Assembly (NCBI RefSeq): GCF_009914755.1
Contig: NC_060948.1
Length of the DNA stretch: 64,000 nt
Strand: one strand, 5' to 3'
From: the human T2T-CHM13v2.0 reference genome, Homo sapiens
Positions 14,779-28,936 of the stretch are shown one piece after another. Position 1 is the first letter of the stretch. Each line of letters opens with the position of its first letter. The translations under genes were made by a program, and so were the position numbers. The notes under the pieces were generated by a model, which was not told the DNA's origin, did not search any database, and saw nothing but the letters and a program-made list of their open reading frames with translations.

Positions 14779-17700
14779 AGGCCTGGAATAAAGTGGAATG
14801 CTACGGTCTCGAATGGAATAAAAATGTATGGAATGGAATGCAATGAAACGGAATCGAATGTCATAGAATGTAATGGAATGCAAAAAAATGGAATCCAAAA
14901 TCATTGACTGGAAAGGCTGGGTTTCGAAAGGAATTGACTCCAATGGAATGGAATCGAATGGAATGGAAGTGAATAGAATCGAACTAAATCGAATGGAATG
15001 GAATTGGTAGGAACGGAATGGAAAGGAATGAAATGATTTGGGATGGAATGGAATCGAATGGCATCGAATGGAATGGAATGGAATGCAATGCAATGGAATG
15101 TATTAGAATGTAATGAACTTTAATGGAATGTACTCGAATGGATTCGACTGGAATGGAATGTTCTGGAAGTGAATGCACTCCAATGCAATGGATTCAAAAG
15201 GAATGGAATCGTACGGAATGGAATCTAATGGAATGGAATTAAATGGAAATGAATCAAATTGAATAGCACGGAATTGAATTGAATGGAATCGAATGCAATG
15301 GAATCTAATAAAACGGAAAGGAAAGGAATGGAATGGAATGGAATGGAATGGGCTGGAATGGAAAGGAATCGAAACGAATGGAATGGAATCGAACTGAAGA
15401 GACTGGAATGGAATGCACTGGAATGGAAGGGAGTGTAATGGAAGTTTCTCGAAAAAAATGGAATCGAATGGAATGGAATTGAATGGAACGGAATAGAGTC
15501 GAATGGAATTGAATGGAATGGAATGGACTAGAGTGAAATGGAATCGAACCACAAGGAATGGACAGGAATAGAATGGTCTCGAATTGAATGGAATCGTATG
15601 GAATGGCATCAAACGGAATGGAATGGACAGCCACGGAATGGAATGCACTCGAATGCAATGGAGTCGAAACTAATGGACTGGAATAGAATGGACTCGACTG
15701 GTACGGACTCCAATGGAATGGAATCGAATGGAAGGGAATCGAACGGAATGGACTCGAAGGGAAAAGACTGCAATGGAAAGGTCTCGAATGGAATGGAAAT
15801 TAATGGAATGGAATGGAATCGAATGAAATGGAGTCAAAAGGAATGGAATCGAATGGCAAGAAATCGAATGTAATGGAATCGCAAGGAATGGATGTGAACG
15901 GAACGGAATGGAATGGAATCCAAAGGAATGGAATAGAATGGAATGGAATCGAATGGAAAGGACTCGAATGGAAATCACTCGAATAGAATGCAATTTAATA
16001 AAATAGGATGAAATGTAATGGAATGGAATGGAAAGGAATCGAAACGAAAGGAATGGAGACAGATGGAATGGAATGGAACAGAGAGCAATGGTATAGAATG
16101 GAATGGAATCATCTGAAATGGAATTGAATGGAATGGAATAATATGAAATGGAATGGAATGGAATGGAATGCCCTTGAATTAAATGGACTGGAATGGAATG
16201 GACTCGAACAGAGTGGAATGGAAAGTGTTGAGATAGAATGGAATGGACTCGTTTGGAATGGTCTAGTATGCAATGCAATCGACTGGCAGGGAATCAAAAG
16301 GAATGTAATCGAATGGATTGGACTGGAATGCAATGGACTCGAATAGATTGGAAACGGAATGCAAAGGAATGGAATGGAATAGTATGGAATGGAATGGAAA
16401 GGAATGGAGTGGAATAGACTAGAGTGGAATGGAATGGACTCGAAAGCAATGGACTGGAAATGGAACTTTCTTGAATGGACTGGAATCAGAGAATCAAATG
16501 GAATTGAATCGAATGGAATCGAATGGATTGGAAAGGAATAGAATGGAATGGAATGGAATTGACTCAAATGGAATGGACTAGAATGGAATGGATTCGAATG
16601 GAAGGCAAAGGAATGGAATCTATTGGAATGGACTGCAATGGAATGGAATGGAAGGGATTGGAATGGACTCGAATGGAATGGACTGCAATAGAAAGGATTC
16701 GAATGGAATGAAAAAGAATTGAATGGAATAGAACAGAATGGAATCAAATCGAATGAAATGGAATGGAATAGAAAGGAATGGAATGAAATGGAATGGAAAG
16801 GATTCGAATGGAATGCAATCGAATGGAATGGAATCGAACGGAATGGAATAAAATGGAAGCAAACTGGCAAGAAATGGAATCGAAATGAATGGAGTGTTAT
16901 GGAACGGACTCAAAAGGAATTGAATGTAATAGAATGGAGTGGAGTGGACTCGAATATAATGGACTGGAATGGAATGAAATCACATGGAATGGGAACGAAT
17001 GGAATGGAATGGAAAGGAATGGAATCGAATGGAAAGGAATCGAATGGAAGGGAATGAAATTGAATCAACAGGAATGGAAGGGAATAGAATAGACGGTAAT
17101 GGAATGGACTCGAATAGAATGGACACGAATGCTCAAATTGAATGGACTCGAATGGAATGGAAACGAAAGGAATGTCATCGAATGGAATTGAATCGATTGG
17201 AATGAAATCGCATAGAATGGAGTGGAATCAAATGGAATTGAATCGCAAGGAAAGGAAGCGAATGGACTGAAATGAAATGGAATGGAATTGAATGGAAAGT
17301 AATGCAATGGAATAGAATGGAACGAAATTTCACGGAATGGAATCAAACTGAATGGAATCAAATCAATGGAATCTAATCAAATGGAATGGAAAGGAATTGA
17401 ATGGAGTAGATGGGATTGGATGGGATTGGAATGAAATGTACTAGAAAGGACTCGAATTTTATGAAACGGAATGGAAAGAATTGGAACGGAATGGACTCGA
17501 ATGGAATGGAATGTCATGGAATGGCATCAAATGGAATGGCATCAAATGGAATGGAATCGAATGCAATGGAATGCTATGGAATGGAACGGAATGCATTGGA
17601 ATGGAATGTCCTCTAATGGAAAGGATTCGAGTGGAATGGAATCGAATATAATGGAGTCGAATGAAATGGAATTGAAAGGAATGGGATCGAATACAATGGA

Positions 17701-18296
17701 ATATACTGGAATGTAATGTAATGAACTCGAATGTAATTGACTGGAATGGAATGTACATGAATGGAATGTAATCGAATGGAAAGTAATCCAGTGGAATAGA
17801 ATCTAATGCAATAAAATCTACTCAGATAGAGTAGAATGTAATGGAATGGAGTGCAGTGCAGTGGAATGGAATGGAATGGAATGCAATGGAATGGAATGGA
17901 ATGGAATGGAATGGAATGGAATGGAATGGAATGGGATGGAATGGTATGGAATGGATAGTAATGGACTGGAGTGAAATGGACTGGAAAGGAATGGACTCAA
18001 ATTGAAAGGGCTCGAAAGGAATGGAGTCAAATGGAATGGTCTGGAATGGAATGAACACGAATGTAATGCAATCCAATAGAATGGAATCGAATGGCATGGA
18101 ATATAAAGAAATGGAATCGAAGAGAATGGAAACAAACGGAATGGAATTGAATGGAATGGAATTGAATGGAATGGGAACGAATGGAGTGAAATTGTATGCA
18201 GTAGAAGAGAATAGAATGGAATGCAAGCGAAAGGAAAGGAATGGATTGGAATGGAATGGAATTCATTGGAATGGAAGGGAATGTAGTGTAATGGAC
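14779..18296 (+). repeat. DYZ1 unit 5 (3518 bp; net -51 variant)
   Basis: AGGCCT at 14779 and 18297; junction at ~16487. Confidence 0.85.
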
Positions 18297-21200
18297 AGGC
18301 CTGGAATAAAATGGAATGCTACGGTCTCGAATGGAATAAAAATGTATGGAATGGAATGCAATGAAACGGAATCGAATGTCATAGAATGTAATGGAATGCA
18401 AAAAAATGGACTCCAAAATCATTGACTGGAAAGGCTGGGTTTCGAAAGGAATTGACTCCAATGGAATGGAATCGAATGGAATGGAAGTGAATAGAATCGA
18501 ACTAAATCGAATGGAATGGAATTGGTAGGAACGGAATGGAAAGGAATGAAATGATTTGGCATGGAATGGAATCGAATGGCATCGAATGGAATGGAATGGA
18601 ATGCAATGCAATGGAATGTATTAGAATGTAATGAACTTTAATGGAATGTACTCGAATGGATTCGACTGGAATGGAATGTTCTGGAAGTGAATGCACTCCA
18701 ATGGAATAGACTCAAAAGGAATGGAATCGTACGGAATGGAATCTAATGGAATGGAATTAAATGGAAATGAATCAAATTGAATAGCACGGAATTGAATTGA
18801 ATGGAATCGAATGCAATGGAATCTAATAAAACGGAAAGGAAAGGAAGGGAATGGAATGGAATGGGCTGGAATGGAAAGGAATCGAAACGAATGGAATGGA
18901 ATCGAACTGAAGAGACTGGAATGGAATGCACTGGAATGGAAGGGAGTGTAATGGAAGTTTCTCGACAAAAATGGAATCGAATGGAATGGAATTGAATGGA
19001 ACGGAATAGAGTCGAATGGAATTGAATGGAATGGAATGGACTAGAGTGAAATGGAATCGAACCACAAGGAATGGACAGGAATAGAATGGTCTCGAATTGA
19101 ATGGAATCGTATGGAATGGCATCAAACGGAATGGAATGGACAGCCACGGAATGGAATGCACTCGAATGCAATGGAGTCGAAACTAATGGACTGGAATAGA
19201 ATGGACTCGACTGGTACGGACTCCAATGGAATGGAATCGAATGGAAGGGAATCGAACGGAATGGACTCGAAGGGAAAAGACTGCAATGGAAAGGTCTCGA
19301 ATGGAATGGAAATTAATGGAATGGAATGGAATCGAATGAAATGGAGTCAAAAGGAATGGAATCGAATGGCAAGAAATCGAATGTAATGGAATCGCAAGGA
19401 ATTGATGTGAACGGAACGGAATGGAATGGAATCCAAAGGAATGGAATAGAATGGAATGGAATCGAATGGAAAGGACTCGAATGGAAATCACTCGAATAGA
19501 ATGCAATTTAATAAAATAGGATGAAATGTAATGGAATGGAATGGAAAGGAATCGAAACGAAAGGAATGGAGACAGATGGAATGGAATAGAACAGAGAGCA
19601 ATGGTATAGAATGGAATGGAATCATCTGAAATGGAATTGAATGGAATGGAATAATATGAAATGGAATGGAATGGAATGGAATGCCCTTGAATTAAATGGA
19701 CTGGAATGGAATGGACTCGAACAGAGTGGAATGGAAAGTGTTGAGATAGAATGGAATGGACTCGTTTGGAATGGTCTAGTATGCAATGCAATCGACTGGC
19801 AGGGAATCAAAAGGAATGTAATCGAATGGATTGGACTGGAATGCAATGGACTCGAATAGATTGGAAACGGAATGCAAAGGAATGGAATGGAATAGTATGG
19901 AATGGAATGGAAAGGAATGGAGTGGAATAGACTAGAGTGGAATGGAATGGACTCGAAAGCAATGGACTGGAAATGGAACTTTCTTGAATGGACTGGAATC
20001 AGAGAATCAAATGGAATTGAATCGAATGGAATCGAATGGATTGGAAAGGAATAGAATGGAATGGAATGGAATTGACTCAAATGGAATGGACTAGAATGGA
20101 ATGGATTCGAATGGAAGGCAAAGGAATGGAATCTATTGGAATGGACTGTAATGGAATGGAATGGAAGGGATTGGAATGAACTCGAATGGAATGGACTGCA
20201 ATAGAAAGGATTTGAATGGAATGAAAAAGAATTGAATGGAATAGAACAGAATGGAATCAAATCGAATGAAATGGAATGGAATAGAAAGGAATGGAATGAA
20301 ATGGAATGGAAAGGGTTCGAATGGAATGCAATCGAATGGAATGGAATCGAACGGAATGGAATAAAATGGAAGCAAACTGGCAAGAAATGGAATCGAAATG
20401 AATGGAGTGTTATGGAACGGACTCAAAAGGAATTGAACGTAATAGAATGGAGTGGAGTGGACTCGAATATAATGGACTGGAATGGAATGAAATCACATGG
20501 AATGGGAACGAATGGAATGGAATGGAAAGGAATCGAATGGAAGGGAATGAAATTGAATCAACAGGAATGGAAGGAATAGAATAGACGGTAATGGAATGGA
20601 CTCGAATAGAATGGACACGAATGCTCAAATTGAATGGACTCGAATGGAATGGAAACGAAAGGAATGTCATCGAATGGAATTGAATCGATTGGAATGAAAT
20701 GGCATAGAATGGAGTGGAATCAAATGGAATTGAATCGAAAGGAAAGGAAGCGAATGGACTGAAATGAAATGGAATGGAATTGAATGGAAAATAATGCAAT
20801 GGAATAGAATGGAACGAAATTTCACGGAATGGAATCAAACTGAATGGAATCAAATCAATGGAATATAATCAAATGGAATGGAAAGGAATTGAATGGAGTA
20901 GATGGGATTGGATGGGATTGGAGTGAAATGTACTGGAAAGGACTCGAATTTTATGAAACGGAATGGAAAGAATTGGAACGGAATGGACTCGAATGGAATG
21001 AAATGTCATGGAATGGCATCAAATGGAATGGCATCAAATGGAAAGGAATCGAATGCAATGGAATGCTATGGAATGGTTCGGAATGCATTGGAATGGAATG
21101 TCCTCTAATGGAAAGGATTCGAGTGGAATGGAATCGAATATAATGGAGTCGAATGAAATGGAATTGAAAGGAATGGGATCGAATACAATGGAATATACTG

Positions 21201-21778
21201 GAATGTAATGTAATGAACTCGAATGTAATTGACTGGAATGGAATGTACATGAATGGAATGTAATCGAATGGAAAGTAATCCAATGGAATAGATTCTAATG
21301 CAATAAAATCTACTCAGATAGAGTAGAATGTAATGGAATGGAGTGCAGTGCAGTGGAATGGAATGGAATGGAATGCAATGGAATGGAATGGAATGGAATG
21401 GAATGGAATGGAATGGGATGGAATGGTATGGAATGGATAGTAATGGACTGGAGTGAAATGGACTGGAAAGGAATGGACTCAAATTGAAAGGGCTCGAAAG
21501 GAATGGAGTCAAATGGAATGGTCTGGAATGGAATGAACACGAATGTAATGCAATCCAATAGAATGGAATCGAATGGCATGGAATATAAAGAAATGGAATC
21601 GAAAAGAATGGAAACAAACGGAATGGAATTGAATGGAATGGAATTGAATGGAATGGGAACGAATGGAATGAAATTGTATGCAGTAGAAGAGAATAGAATG
21701 GAATGCAAGCGAAAGGAAAGGAATGGATTGGAATGGAATGGAATTCATTGGAATGGAAGGGAATGTAGTGTAATGGAC
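18297..21778 (+). repeat. DYZ1 unit 6 (3482 bp; net -51 variant plus private 20-bp and 1-bp deletions)
   Basis: AGGCCT at 18297 and 21779; junction at ~20000; extra deletions at ~20525-20575. Confidence 0.85.
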
Positions 21779-24700
21779 AGGCCTGGAATAAAGTGGAATG
21801 CTACGGTCTCGAATGGAATAAAAATGTATGGAATGGAATGCAATGAAACGGAATCGAATGTCATAGAATGTAATGGAATGCAAAAAAATGGAATCCAAAA
21901 TCATTGACTGGAAAGGCTGGGTGTCGAAAGGAATTGACTCCAATGGAATGGAATCGAATGGAATGGAAGTGAATATAATCCAACTAAATCGAATGGAATG
22001 GAATTGATAGGAACGGAATGGAAAGGAATGAAATGATTTGGCATGGAATGGAATCGAATGGCATCGAATGGAATGGAATGGAATGCAATGCAATGGAATG
22101 TATTAGAATGTAATGAACTTTAATGGAATGTACTCGAATGGATTCGACTGGAATGGAATGTTCTGGAAGTGAATGGACTCCAATGGAATGGATTGAAAAG
22201 GAATGGAATCGTACGGAATGGAATCTAATGGAATGGAATTAAATGGAAATGAATCAAATTGAATAGCACGGAATTGAATTGAATGGAATCGAATGCAATG
22301 GAATCTAATGAAACGGAAAGGAAAGGAATGGAATGGAATGGAATGGGCTGGAATGGAAAGGAATCGAAACGAATGGAATGGAATCGAACTGAGGAGACTG
22401 GAATGGAATGCACTGGAATGGAAGGGAGTGTAATGGAAGGTTCTCGAAAAAAATGGAAACGAATGGAATGGAATTGAATGGAACGGAATAGAGTCGAATG
22501 GAATTGAATGGAATGGAATGGACTAGAGTGAAATGGAATCGAACCACAAGGAATGGACAGGAATAGAATGGTCTCGAATTGAATGGAATAGTATGGAATG
22601 GCATCAAACGGAATGGAATGGACAGACACGGAATGGAATACGCTCGAATGCAATGGAGTCGAACCTAATGGACTGGAATAGAATGGACTCGACTGGTACG
22701 GACTCCAATGGAATGGAATCGAATGGAAGGGAATCGAACGGAATGGACTCGAAGGGAAAAGACTGCAATGGAAAGGTCTCGAATGGAATGGAAATTAATG
22801 GAATGGAATGGAATCGAATGAAATGGAGTCAAAAGGAATGGAATCGAATGGCAAGAAATCGAATGTAATGGAATCGCAAGGAATTGATGTGAACGGAACG
22901 GAATGGAATGGAATCCAAAGGAATGGAATAGAATGGAATGGAATCGAATGGAAAGGACTCGAATGGAAATCACTCGAATAGAATGCAATTTAATAAAATA
23001 GGATGAAATGTAATGGAATGGAATGGAAAGGAATCGAAACGAAAGGAATGGAGATAGATGGAATGGAATGGAACAGAGAGCAATGGTATAGAATGGAATG
23101 GAATCATCTGGAATGGAATTGAATGGAAGGGAATAATATGAAATGGAATGGAATGGAATGGAATGGAATGCCCTTGAATTAAATGGACTGGAATGGAATG
23201 TACTTAAACAGAGTGGAATGGAAAGTGTTGAGATAGAATGGAATGGACGCCTTTGGAATGGTCTAGTATGCAATGCAATCGACTGGCAGGGAATCAAAAG
23301 GAATGTAATCGAATGGATTGGACTGGAATGCAATGGACTCGAATAGATTGGAAACGGAATGCAAAGGAATGGAATGGAATAGTATGGAATGGAATGGAAA
23401 GGAATGGAGTGGAATAGACTAGAGTGGAATGGAGTGGACTCGAAAGCAATGGACTGGAATGGAACTTTCTTGAATGGACTGGAATCAAACGGAATGGAAT
23501 GCAATGCAATCAAATGGCATGGAATAAAATAGAATGAAAGAGAATCAAATGGAATTGAATCGAATGGAATCGAATGGATTGGAAAGGAATAGAATGGAAT
23601 GGAATGGAATTGACTCAAATGGAATGGACTAGAATGGAATGGATTCGAATGGAAGGCAAAGGAATGGAATCTATTGGAATGGACTGCAATGGAATGGAAT
23701 GGAAGGGATTGGAATGGACTCGAATGGAATGGACTGCCATAGAAAGGATTCGAATGGAATGAAAAAGAATTGAATGGAATAGAACAGAATGGAATCAAAT
23801 CGAATGAAATGGAATGGAATAGAAAGGAATGGAATGAAATGGAATGGAAAGGATTCGAATGGAATGCAATCGAATGGAATGGAATCAAACGGAATGGAAT
23901 AAAATGGAAGCAAACTGGCAAGAAATGGAATCGAAATGAATGGAGTGTTATGGAACGGACTCAAAAGGAATTGAATGTAATAGAATGGAGTGGAGTGGAC
24001 TCGAATATAATGGACTGGAATGGAATGAAATCACATGGAATGGGAACGAATGGAATGGAATGGAAAGGAATGGAATCGAATGGAAAGGAATCGAATGGAA
24101 GGGAATGAAATTGAATCAACAGGAATGGAAGGGAATAGAATAGACGGTAATGGAATGGACTCGAATAGAATGGACACGAATGCTCAAATTGAATGGACTC
24201 GAATGGAATGGAAACGAAAGGAATGTCATCGAATGGAATTGAATCGATTGGAATGAAATCGCATAGAATGGAGTGGAATCAAATGGAATTGAATCGAAAG
24301 GAAAGGAAGCGAATGGACTGAAATGAAATGGAATGGAATTGAATGGAAAGTAATGCAATGGAATAGAATGGAACGAAATTTCACGGAATGGAATCAAACT
24401 GAATGGAATCAAATCAATGGAATATAATCAAATGGAATGGAAAGGAATTGAATGGAGTAGATGGGATTGGATGGGATTGGAATGAAATGTACTGGAAAGG
24501 ACTCGAATTTCATGAAAAGGAATGGAATGAATTGGAACGGAATGGACTCGAATGGAATGGAATGTCATGGAATGGCATCAAATGGAATGGAATCGAATGC
24601 AATGGAATGCTATGGAATGGAATGGAATACATTGGAATGGAACGTCCTCTAATGGAATGGATTCGAGTGGAATTGAATCGAATATAATGCAGTCGAATGA

Positions 24701-25357
24701 AATGGAATTGAAAGGAATGGGATCGAATACAATGGAATATACTGGAATGTAATGTAATGAACTCGAATGTAATTGACTGGAATGGAATGTACATGAATGG
24801 AATGTAATCGAATGGAAAGTAATCCAATGGAATAGAATCTAGTGCAATAAAATCGACTCAGATAGAGTAGAATGTAATGGAATGGAGTGCAGTGCAATGG
24901 AATGGAATGGAATGGAATGCAATGGAATGGAATGGAATGGAATGAAATGGAATGGAATGGAATGGAATGGAATGGGATGGAATGGTATGGAATGGATAGT
25001 AATGGACTGGAGTGAAATGGACTAGAAAGCAATGGACTCAAATTGAAAGGGCTCGAAAGGAATGGAGTCAAATGGAATGGTCTGGAATGGAATGAACACG
25101 AATGTAATGCAATCCAATACAATGGAATCGAATGGCATGGAATATAAAGAAATGGAATCGAAGAGAATGGAAACAAACGGAATGGAATTGAATGGAATGG
25201 AATTGAATGGAATGGGAACGAATGGAGTGAAATTGTATGCAGTAGAAGAGAATAGATTGGAATGCAAGCGAAAGGAAAGGAATGGTTTGGAATGGAATGG
25301 AATTCATTGGAATGGAATGGAATTCATTGGAATGGAAGGGAATGTAGTGTAATGGAC
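21779..25357 (+). repeat. DYZ1 unit 7 (3579 bp; full type; duplicated EcoRI site)
   Basis: AGGCCT at 21779 and 25358; GAATTC at 25300 and 25320. Confidence 0.85.
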
Positions 25358-28300
25358 AGGCCTGGAATAAAGTGGAATGCTACGGTCTCGAATGGAATAA
25401 AAATGTATGGAATGGAATGCAATGAAACGGAATCGAATGTCATAGAATGTAATGGAATGCAAAAAAATGGAATCCAAAATCATTGACTGGAAAGGCTGGG
25501 TGTCGAAAGGAATTGACTCCAATGGAATGGAATCGAATGGAATGGAAGTGAATATAATCCAACTAAATCGAATGGAATGGAATTGATAGGAACGGAATGG
25601 AAAGGAATGAAATGATTTGGCATGGAATGGAATCGAATGGCATCGAATGGAATGGAATGGAATGCAATGCAATGGAATGTATTAGAATGTAATGAACTTT
25701 AATGGAATGTACTCGAATGGATTCGACTGGAATGGAATGTTCTGGAAGTGAATGGACTCCAATGGAATGGATTGAAAAGGAATGGAATCGTACGGAATGG
25801 AATCTAATGGAATGGAATTAAATGGAAATGAATCAAATTGAATAGCACGGAATTGAATTGAATGGAATCGAATGCAATGGAATCTAATGAAACGGAAAGG
25901 AAAGGAATGGAATGGAATGGAATGGGCTGGAATGGAAAGGAATCGAAACGAATGGAATGGAATCGAACTGAGGAGACTGGAATGGAATGCACTGGAATGG
26001 AAGGGAGTGTAATGGAAGGTTCTCGAAAAAAATGGAAACGAATGGAATGGAATTGAATGGAACGGAATAGAGTCGAATGGAATTGAATGGAATGGAATGG
26101 ACTAGAGTGAAATGGAATCGAACCACAAGGAATGGACAGGAATAGAATGGTCTCGAATTGAATGGAATAGTATGGAATGGCATCAAACGGAATGGAATGG
26201 ACAGACACGGAATGGAATACGCTCGAATGCAATGGAGTCGAACCTAATGGACTGGAATAGAATGGACTCGACTGGTACGGACTCCAATGGAATGGAATCG
26301 AATGGAAGGGAATCGAACGGAATGGACTCGAAGGGAAAAGACTGCAATGGAAAGGTCTCGAATGGAATGGAAATTAATGGAATGGAATGGAATCGAATGA
26401 AATGGAGTCAAAAGGAATGGAATCGAATGGCAAGAAATCGAATGTAATGGAATCACAAGGAATTGATGTGAACGGAACGGAATGGAATGGAATCCAAAGA
26501 AATGGAATAGAATGGAATGGAATCGAATGGAAAGGACTCGAATGGAAATCACTCGAATAGAATGCAATTTAATAAAATAGGATGAAATGTAATGTAATGG
26601 AATGGAAAGGAATCGAAACGAAAGGAATGGAGATAGATGGAATGGAATGGAACAGAGAGCAATGGTATAGAATGGAATGGAATCATCTGGAATGGAATTG
26701 AATGGAAGGGAATAATATGAAATGGAATGGAATGGAATGGAATGGAATGCCCTTGAATTAAATGGACTGGAATGGAATGTACTTAAACAGAGTGGAATGG
26801 AAAGTGTTGAGATAGAATGGAATGGACGCCTTTGGAATGGTCTAGTATGCAATGCAATCGACTGGCAGGGAATCAAAAGGAATGTAATCGAATGGATTGG
26901 ACTGGAATGCAATGGACTCGAATAGATTGGAAACGGAATGCAAAGGAATGGAATGGAATAGTATGGAATGGAATGGAAAGGAATGGAGTGGAATAGACTA
27001 GAGTGGAATGGAGTGGACTCGAAAGCAATGGACTGGAATGGAACTTTCTTGAATGGACTGGAATCAAACGGAATGGAATGCAATGCAATCAAATGGCATG
27101 GAATAAAATAGAATGAAAGAGAATCAAATGGAATTGAATCGAATGGAATCGAATGGATTGGAAAGGAATAGAATGGAATGGAATGGAATTGACTCAAATG
27201 GAATGGACTAGAATGGAATGGATTCGAATGGAAGGCAAAGGAATGGAATCTATTGGAATGGACTGCAATGGAATGGAATGGAAGGGATTGGAATGGACTC
27301 GAATGGAATGGACTGCCATAGAAAGGATTCGAATGGAATGAAAAAGAATTGAATGGAATAGAACAGAATGGAATCAAATCGAATGAAATGGAATGGAATA
27401 GAAAGGAATGGAATGAAATGGAATGGAAAGGATTCGAATGGAATGCAATCGAATGGAATGGAATCAAACGGAATGGAATAAAATGGAAGCAAACTGGCAA
27501 GAAATGGAATCGAAATGAATGGAGTGTTATGGAACGGACTCAAAAGGAATTGAATGTAATAGAATGGAGTGGAGTGGACTCGAATATAATGGACTGGAAT
27601 GGAATGAAATCACATGGAATGGGAACGAATGGAATGGAATGGAAAGGAATGGAATCGAATGGAAAGGAATCGAATGGAAGGGAATGAAATTGAATCAACA
27701 GGAATGGAAGGGAATAGAATAGACGGTAATGGAATGGACTCGAATAGAATGGACACGAATGCTCAAATTGAATGGACTCGAATGGAATGGAAACGAAAGG
27801 AATGTCATCGAATGGAATTGAATCGATTGGAATGAAATCGCATAGAATGGAGTGGAATCAAATGGAATTGAATCGAAAGGAAAGGAAGCGAATGGACTGA
27901 AATGAAATGGAATGGAATTGAATGGAAAGTAATGCAATGGAATAGAATGGAACGAAATTTCACGGAATGGAATCAAACTGAATGGAATCAAATCAATGGA
28001 ATATAATCAAATGGAATGGAAAGGAATTGAATGGAGTAGATGGGATTGGATGGGATTGGAATGAAATGTACTGGAAAGGACTCGAATTTCATGAAAAGGA
28101 ATGGAATGAATTGGAACGGAATGGACTCGAATGGAATGGAATGTCATGGAATGGCATCAAATGGAATGGAATCGAATGCAATGGAATGCTATGGAATGGA
28201 ATGGAATACATTGGAATGGAACGTCCTCTAATGGAATGGATTCGAGTGGAATTGAATCGAATATAATGCAGTCGAATGAAATGGAATTGAAAGGAATGGG

Positions 28301-28936
28301 ATCGAATACAATGGAATATACTGGAATGTAATGTAATGAACTCGAATGTAATTGACTGGAATGGAATGTACATGAATGGAATGTAATCGAATGGAAAGTA
28401 ATCCAATGGAATAGAATCTAGTGCAATAAAATCGACTCAGATAGAGTAGAATGTAATGGAATGGAGTGCAGTGCAATGGAATGGAATGGAATGGAATGCA
28501 ATGGAATGGAATGGAATGGAATGAAATGGAATGGAATGGAATGGAATGGAATGGGATGGAATGGTATGGAATGGATAGTAATGGACTGGAGTGAAATGGA
28601 CTAGAAAGCAATGGACTCAAATTGAAAGGGCTCGAAAGGAATGGAGTCAAATGGAATGGTCTGGAATGGAATGAACACGAATGTAATGCAATCCAATACA
28701 ATGGAATCGAATGGCATGGAATATAAAGAAATGGAATCGAAGAGAATGGAAACAAACGGAATGGAATTGAATGGAATGGAATTGAATGGAATGGGAACGA
28801 ATGGAGTGAAATTGTATGCAGTAGAAGAGAATAGATTGGAATGCAAGCGAAAGGAAAGGAATGGTTTGGAATGGAATGGAATTCATTGGAATGGAATGGA
28901 ATTCATTGGAATGGAAGGGAATGTAGTGTAATGGAC
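25358..28936 (+). repeat. DYZ1 unit 8 (3579 bp; near-identical tandem duplicate of unit 7)
   Basis: AGGCCT at 25358 and 28937; shares the distinctive variants of unit 7; GAATTC at 28879 and 28899. Confidence 0.85.

Noticed and set aside
22665-27500. Two 418-aa minus-strand ORFs (22665-23921, 26244-27500), the longest in the window
   Set aside because: They arise from one extra pentamer (~23141-23170) that fuses the usual 270-aa and 202-aa frames, then duplicated with units 7/8. The sequence is low-complexity and the start is non-ATG.
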